In this document: piece by piece, positions 60,083 through 64,000 of the stretch | Layout of the letters: each line of letters starts with the position of its first letter | Numbering within the stretch: position 1 is the stretch's first letter | Assembly (NCBI GenBank): GCA_950097015.1 | Contig: CATNEN010000027.1 | Location: forward strand, 806,001-870,000 | Direction of reading: 5' to 3' | Length of the DNA stretch: 64,000 bases | From: Macrostomum hystrix | Lineage: Eukaryota > Animalia > Platyhelminthes | The notes under the pieces: generated by a model | Databases searched by the model: none | Told to the model about the DNA's origin: nothing | Seen by the model: only the letters and a program-made list of their open reading frames with translations | Translations under genes and position numbers: made by a program

Positions 60083-61704
60083 ATGGATGTATCAAAGACT
60101 GCTTGCTACCAGCATGAAATTGCCTTGTTACCATTTATATATTATTAAAGAATTTACGCACTCAGATAATTGCTCTGTAATCTTCCCTATTTTGTTTGCC
60201 TTTTTGCTCTCTCTTTAAACCTAGCTAGCCGTATGCGTGCTTTTCCAAAAAACTCCAAAAAAGTTTTATATTTTGTGTTTTGGCTGCCAATCAGATTTTT
60301 TGTTGCTCGATTTGTTGGTGAATAAATAAATGTCAGAAGAATTGCAATAAGTTACTCAAGCTTTGGCAGTTGTACTGGAATGTTACATTTTTACTTCAAT
60401 TTTACTTGCCTTTGCCTTCATTTTCTTGCGAATCATTTATTTTTCTGCATAGCTATCTCTTTATAATTTCTTGGCTAATTAAAGCAGTTCTCGTGAATTA
60501 AGAAATTAGCTGTATAGATAATATATCGTATATTTATCAAACCCGATTTCTTAGTTAAAACTTGGTCTGTTTCTCGTCAATCCAAATGCGACACGACTGA
60601 TAGCTTTAGTTTACGAATATCATTTGTCGTTTGGCTTATACTCAGGACAGCAGGGTAAGACATAATGAGCGTATTATAAAAAAAGAGTACTTAGTTATTT
60701 AAACTGGCTAGGCATATTGATATTTTATGACATATTCCGGGAATTAAAGGTTTTCATTATTCTAGAATTAAACCAATGAAGTGATGTACTAATAACAAAA
60801 AAGTATACGACCATATTTACTCGATTTGTATTTCAAGTAACCCGAATTTTTTATGAAGCCTCAGAAAAGTAAGCCAAATATAGTTTTTACTACTAAATTC
60901 TACTAATTTGTTGCAAGCTTTTTCGTTTCTGTTTCGCATTCGACTTGATGTTTTGTGCATCTCACTTCTGCAATATTAAAATTTGATATGCACAAATTTC
61001 TATTGAACTCGTTACTAACTAGCTTCAACTGCGTATGCTCTAGTAGGCATTTTAATATTTTTCTATGTAGCCTTTAACTTAGTTACCTGGTAAACAGTTA
61101 CAGCAACGTTGCTATAACGGATGTTTCAGTTTTTAATCACTAAAAATTAACCAATACTTTGCTGATAAATTGCTAATTCTTTTTATCATGATTTTCGTGT
61201 GTACTTTTTTTCTGCAATATAAAGAAATTTAATTTACAGACTAAGCTAACCAGTATATACTAGACCTGTAGACATAAAGTCTTGAAAAACACTTCTAAAG
61301 AGAGTTATATTTCTTGCTTAAAATAATGTACGATTCTAAACTACCTCGAAACCAAGCAAGCTCTGTTGGCGAGGTCCTGTGAGAACCGACTTTGTCATGG
61401 TAGCTTTGAGTCTGAAAAGAGCAGTTTGATACGATCGTAATTGTGTGATCGAATCAAGTGCCCTGACATAAACGCTTGGATCAATATACACTAGAATCTA
61501 TGTGCATAGATACCAAGCATTCCCAAAACCAGGGCAAATGACTACTGCAGTACTAAAACAGACTCGGCCATAGACACTGACTGCTGTTGGCATTCGAAAG
61601 ACATGGCCCAAAGAGTTCAGCAGACATGAAACTTGCACCTTGGAAGTTTCCAAGATTGTGCGTCTGCGCTCTTGGCCTGAATGCATTGGTAGGCAAACAC
61701 AAAG

Positions 61705-61995
61705 ACACCTGAGGAGTGGAAGGGTGACAAACCCACCTGAGGAATGGAAGGGTGAGAAACACACCTGAGGAATGGAAGGGTGACAAACCCACCTGAGGAA
61801 TGGAAGGGTGAGAAACACACCTGAGGAATGGAAGGATGACAAACACACCTGAGGAATGGAAGGGTGAGAAACACACCTGAGGAATGGAAGGGTAAAAAAC
61901 ACCTAACCTGAGGGATTGAAGGGTGACAAACCCACCTGAGGGACGGAATAGTGACAAAAATCCTGAGGAATTGAAGGGTAAAAAAAGTAGGGACT
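61705..61995. repeat. 28-bp minisatellite (GGAATGGAAGGGTGAGAAACACACCTGA)n with alternating variants
   Basis: 28-bp period; GACAAACCC and GAGAAACAC variants alternate. Confidence 0.93.
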
Positions 61996-62353
61996 GAAGG
62001 GTGACAAAACTAAACTTATAAACTGTTTGCATAATGCTAGGAATTTAGTTATTCTAACTAAAAGTTTGTAGTGGCTTTTGATTTTTTAGTTAACGAACAG
62101 AATGACGGTCAATTCGTTTTCTGAAATGACGATTTATCAAGAGCATAAAGGAAACTGTCAATTGTGGGTTGATTGCATATTATATTTACTAATTCGCTTG
62201 TCATACCATGTTGTACGGCAAATCAGAAAGCAAACTTTGTACATGCGATAGAAAATTTATAGTCAAGACGTTAAATGAGCAAACAGACAAATTTAAATGT
62301 ATAAACATGCATTTTAAACCGGTGTTCTTATTTTCACCACTACAAAACTGAAC

Positions 62354-62881
62354 TTAGTCGCTGTCCGATGACTCCGCATGGTCCTTCTGCGTCTTACTCT
62401 TACCCTCTTCTTCTTTCTGCTGCTTTCGCAGTTCAATCATTCGCTTCAACAACTCTATCTTCTTCTGTCGCGTGGCCTCGTCTTCGCTGCTGTCCTCATC
62501 GTCGCTGCTGTCACCCGATGAAGAAGTCGATGACGATGTACTGGAGGATGATGAATCAGACGACGAAGAAGATGAACTGGAAGAGTTGGACTTTTTTGTC
62601 TTAGCTTTGGCCACAGACGATTTGCTACTCGCCCCGGCAACCACAACGCGAGCTTGACCATTGGCTGAGACTAGCATTCGTTTATCCAGCTGTTTAGTGT
62701 GACTCTCCCGCTCCAGGTACTTCCGCTTTCCGGTGCACTGATAGGTCCAGTGGCCGCGCTGGAAGCATTTCTGACAACGGGCCGACTGGTTGGCCGTCTC
62801 AGCAACCTGGCGAGTGTAAAAGGCCGGTAGGCGAGGACCGTCAGGCCGACCAGGGGCGCTGCGTCTGACTGGAGTTGACAT
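62354..62881 (-). CDS. ZCCHC10: Zinc finger CCHC domain-containing protein 10-like, 175 aa
   Basis: RCQKCFQRGHWTYQCTGKRKYLERESHT zinc knuckle followed by the Ser/Asp-rich tail typical of ZCCHC10. An acceptor (TTGCAG) precedes the ATG. Confidence 0.88.
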   Translation of the reverse strand: MSTPVRRSAPGRPDGPRLPAFYTRQVAETANQSARCQKCFQRGHWTYQCTGKRKYLERESHTKQLDKRMLVSANGQARVVVAGASSKSSVAKAKTKKSNSSSSSSSSSDSSSSSTSSSTSSSGDSSDDEDSSEDEATRQKKIELLKRMIELRKQQKEEEGKSKTQKDHAESSDSD

Positions 62882-64000
62882 TAAGCTGCAATAGCAGGTA
62901 TATTTATGTGCTTATTAGGGAGAATAAAAATGCATGTGGCCAATTTAAAGGTAGGTAAACTGAAGCACTATGGAATTTTCTTCACGTCACATAAATTAAC
63001 TTTCTAATTAGAACTTTTAATATTCACAAATCACAAGGGGCTGTGGGATATGGTACATTATTTAACAACTTTCAGCCCACAGTTAGCAAAGAAGTGATTG
63101 AAACTCATACTGCTGATCCCTATGGGCTATGAGCAAGCACATGCATACAGTACATACATCCTGCCTAGAGAGTCAACTGTGCCCTTTCAGTTCACTTTCA
63201 TTAGGGGTTCACTTTCATTAAACCAAAAATTACACAACAAGCCCTAAGCCTTCTCTCTAGGGCAACTCCCAGTCTCAATTAAATTGGTTAGACTGGAGTT
63301 AGAGATAAATTTTCTTACTTACTATGCCAGAGGTGTCACATTTTGCTCATGTACTGGCAAATGCTGAGTACCATATTTAAAATGTTAATTTAGTTGAAAA
63401 TATTGAATATAATATTCTTTTGTGGTTCCATTTAGGATTGTCACATGTGTTATCATAGTCGATAGATTAAAAAAACTGACTTTCAGCCAATTCCTCAGGT
63501 GAATTTGCTTAGCTTACGTGCACTTATGCACATGGAACACAAGAAAAATATTTTTCTATAAATATTCTGTCTAGATTTACTTATACCTTTATTGCTACAA
63601 TGAAACTATTTGGATTCAATATAAATTTAACTTTATTAGAAACAAGTTTAGCAGAAAAAAAGATAGAGTAACATTAATTTATAAAATATTGGAGTACCTA
63701 ATGCTTTTTTAGTTGATCAGTTGTTTTTTAGTCTCCTGCAATGTTCTATACATATAAGCTAACCTTTATTTGAACTATATACTGTATACAGATTTCTCTA
63801 GCATTATGTGCAAAAAAGCTGACAATTATTCCCATGGTACTATGTGGATAGGATGGCCATTATTGCAACAAAAATGTTGTTTTAAGGATGGGTCTAGCCA
63901 CTTCCAAAAAGTAAATAATTAAAGTAAAATATTTAAATTTTGTTTATATTCACTTTGTTTTTTTAAGTTCTGTTATAATAATGGTAGTAAAAAACTAAAG

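Noticed and set aside
61320-61700. snoRNA or small extra gene downstream of ZCCHC10
   Set aside because: Short box-like motifs and splice-like sites exist on both strands, but no consistent structure or ORF could be supported.

Overview
This is eukaryotic (metazoan) genomic DNA: GC-rich exons, short GT-AG introns, and a different minisatellite in or beside most genes. The style suggests a free-living flatworm such as Macrostomum, which is inference only. Genes I can reconstruct: a DEG/ENaC channel (11511-13641,+), a complete Src-family kinase (14627-16433,-), a TspO/MBR-like membrane protein, an orphan class A GPCR, a multi-C2H2 zinc-finger gene, unc-4/Uncx, a phospholipid scramblase, a beta-tubulin, an EF-hand rhomboid protease (6 exons) and ZCCHC10. 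Mobile DNA includes RTE LINE fragments (one with a 13-bp TSD), two tRNA-derived SINE families, a hAT MITE and a MULE-like MITE. Highlights: (1) a single-exon 84-aa precursor with signal peptide, acidic propiece and a Trp/Arg-rich amidatable peptide, resembling an antimicrobial peptide (24251-24505); (2) a 933-bp non-autonomous Polinton/Maverick-like element (AGTAGT ends, 316-bp TIRs, 6-bp TSD) in a rhomboid intron; (3) a near-identical 1-kb copy of the Src 5' end that keeps the myristoylation signal, SH3 and SH2 but lacks the kinase, abutting a 7.7-kb 17-bp satellite; (4) a 25-bp satellite with about 50 units, most carrying a consensus Pol III B-box. All gene models and family calls were made by eye, without database searches.
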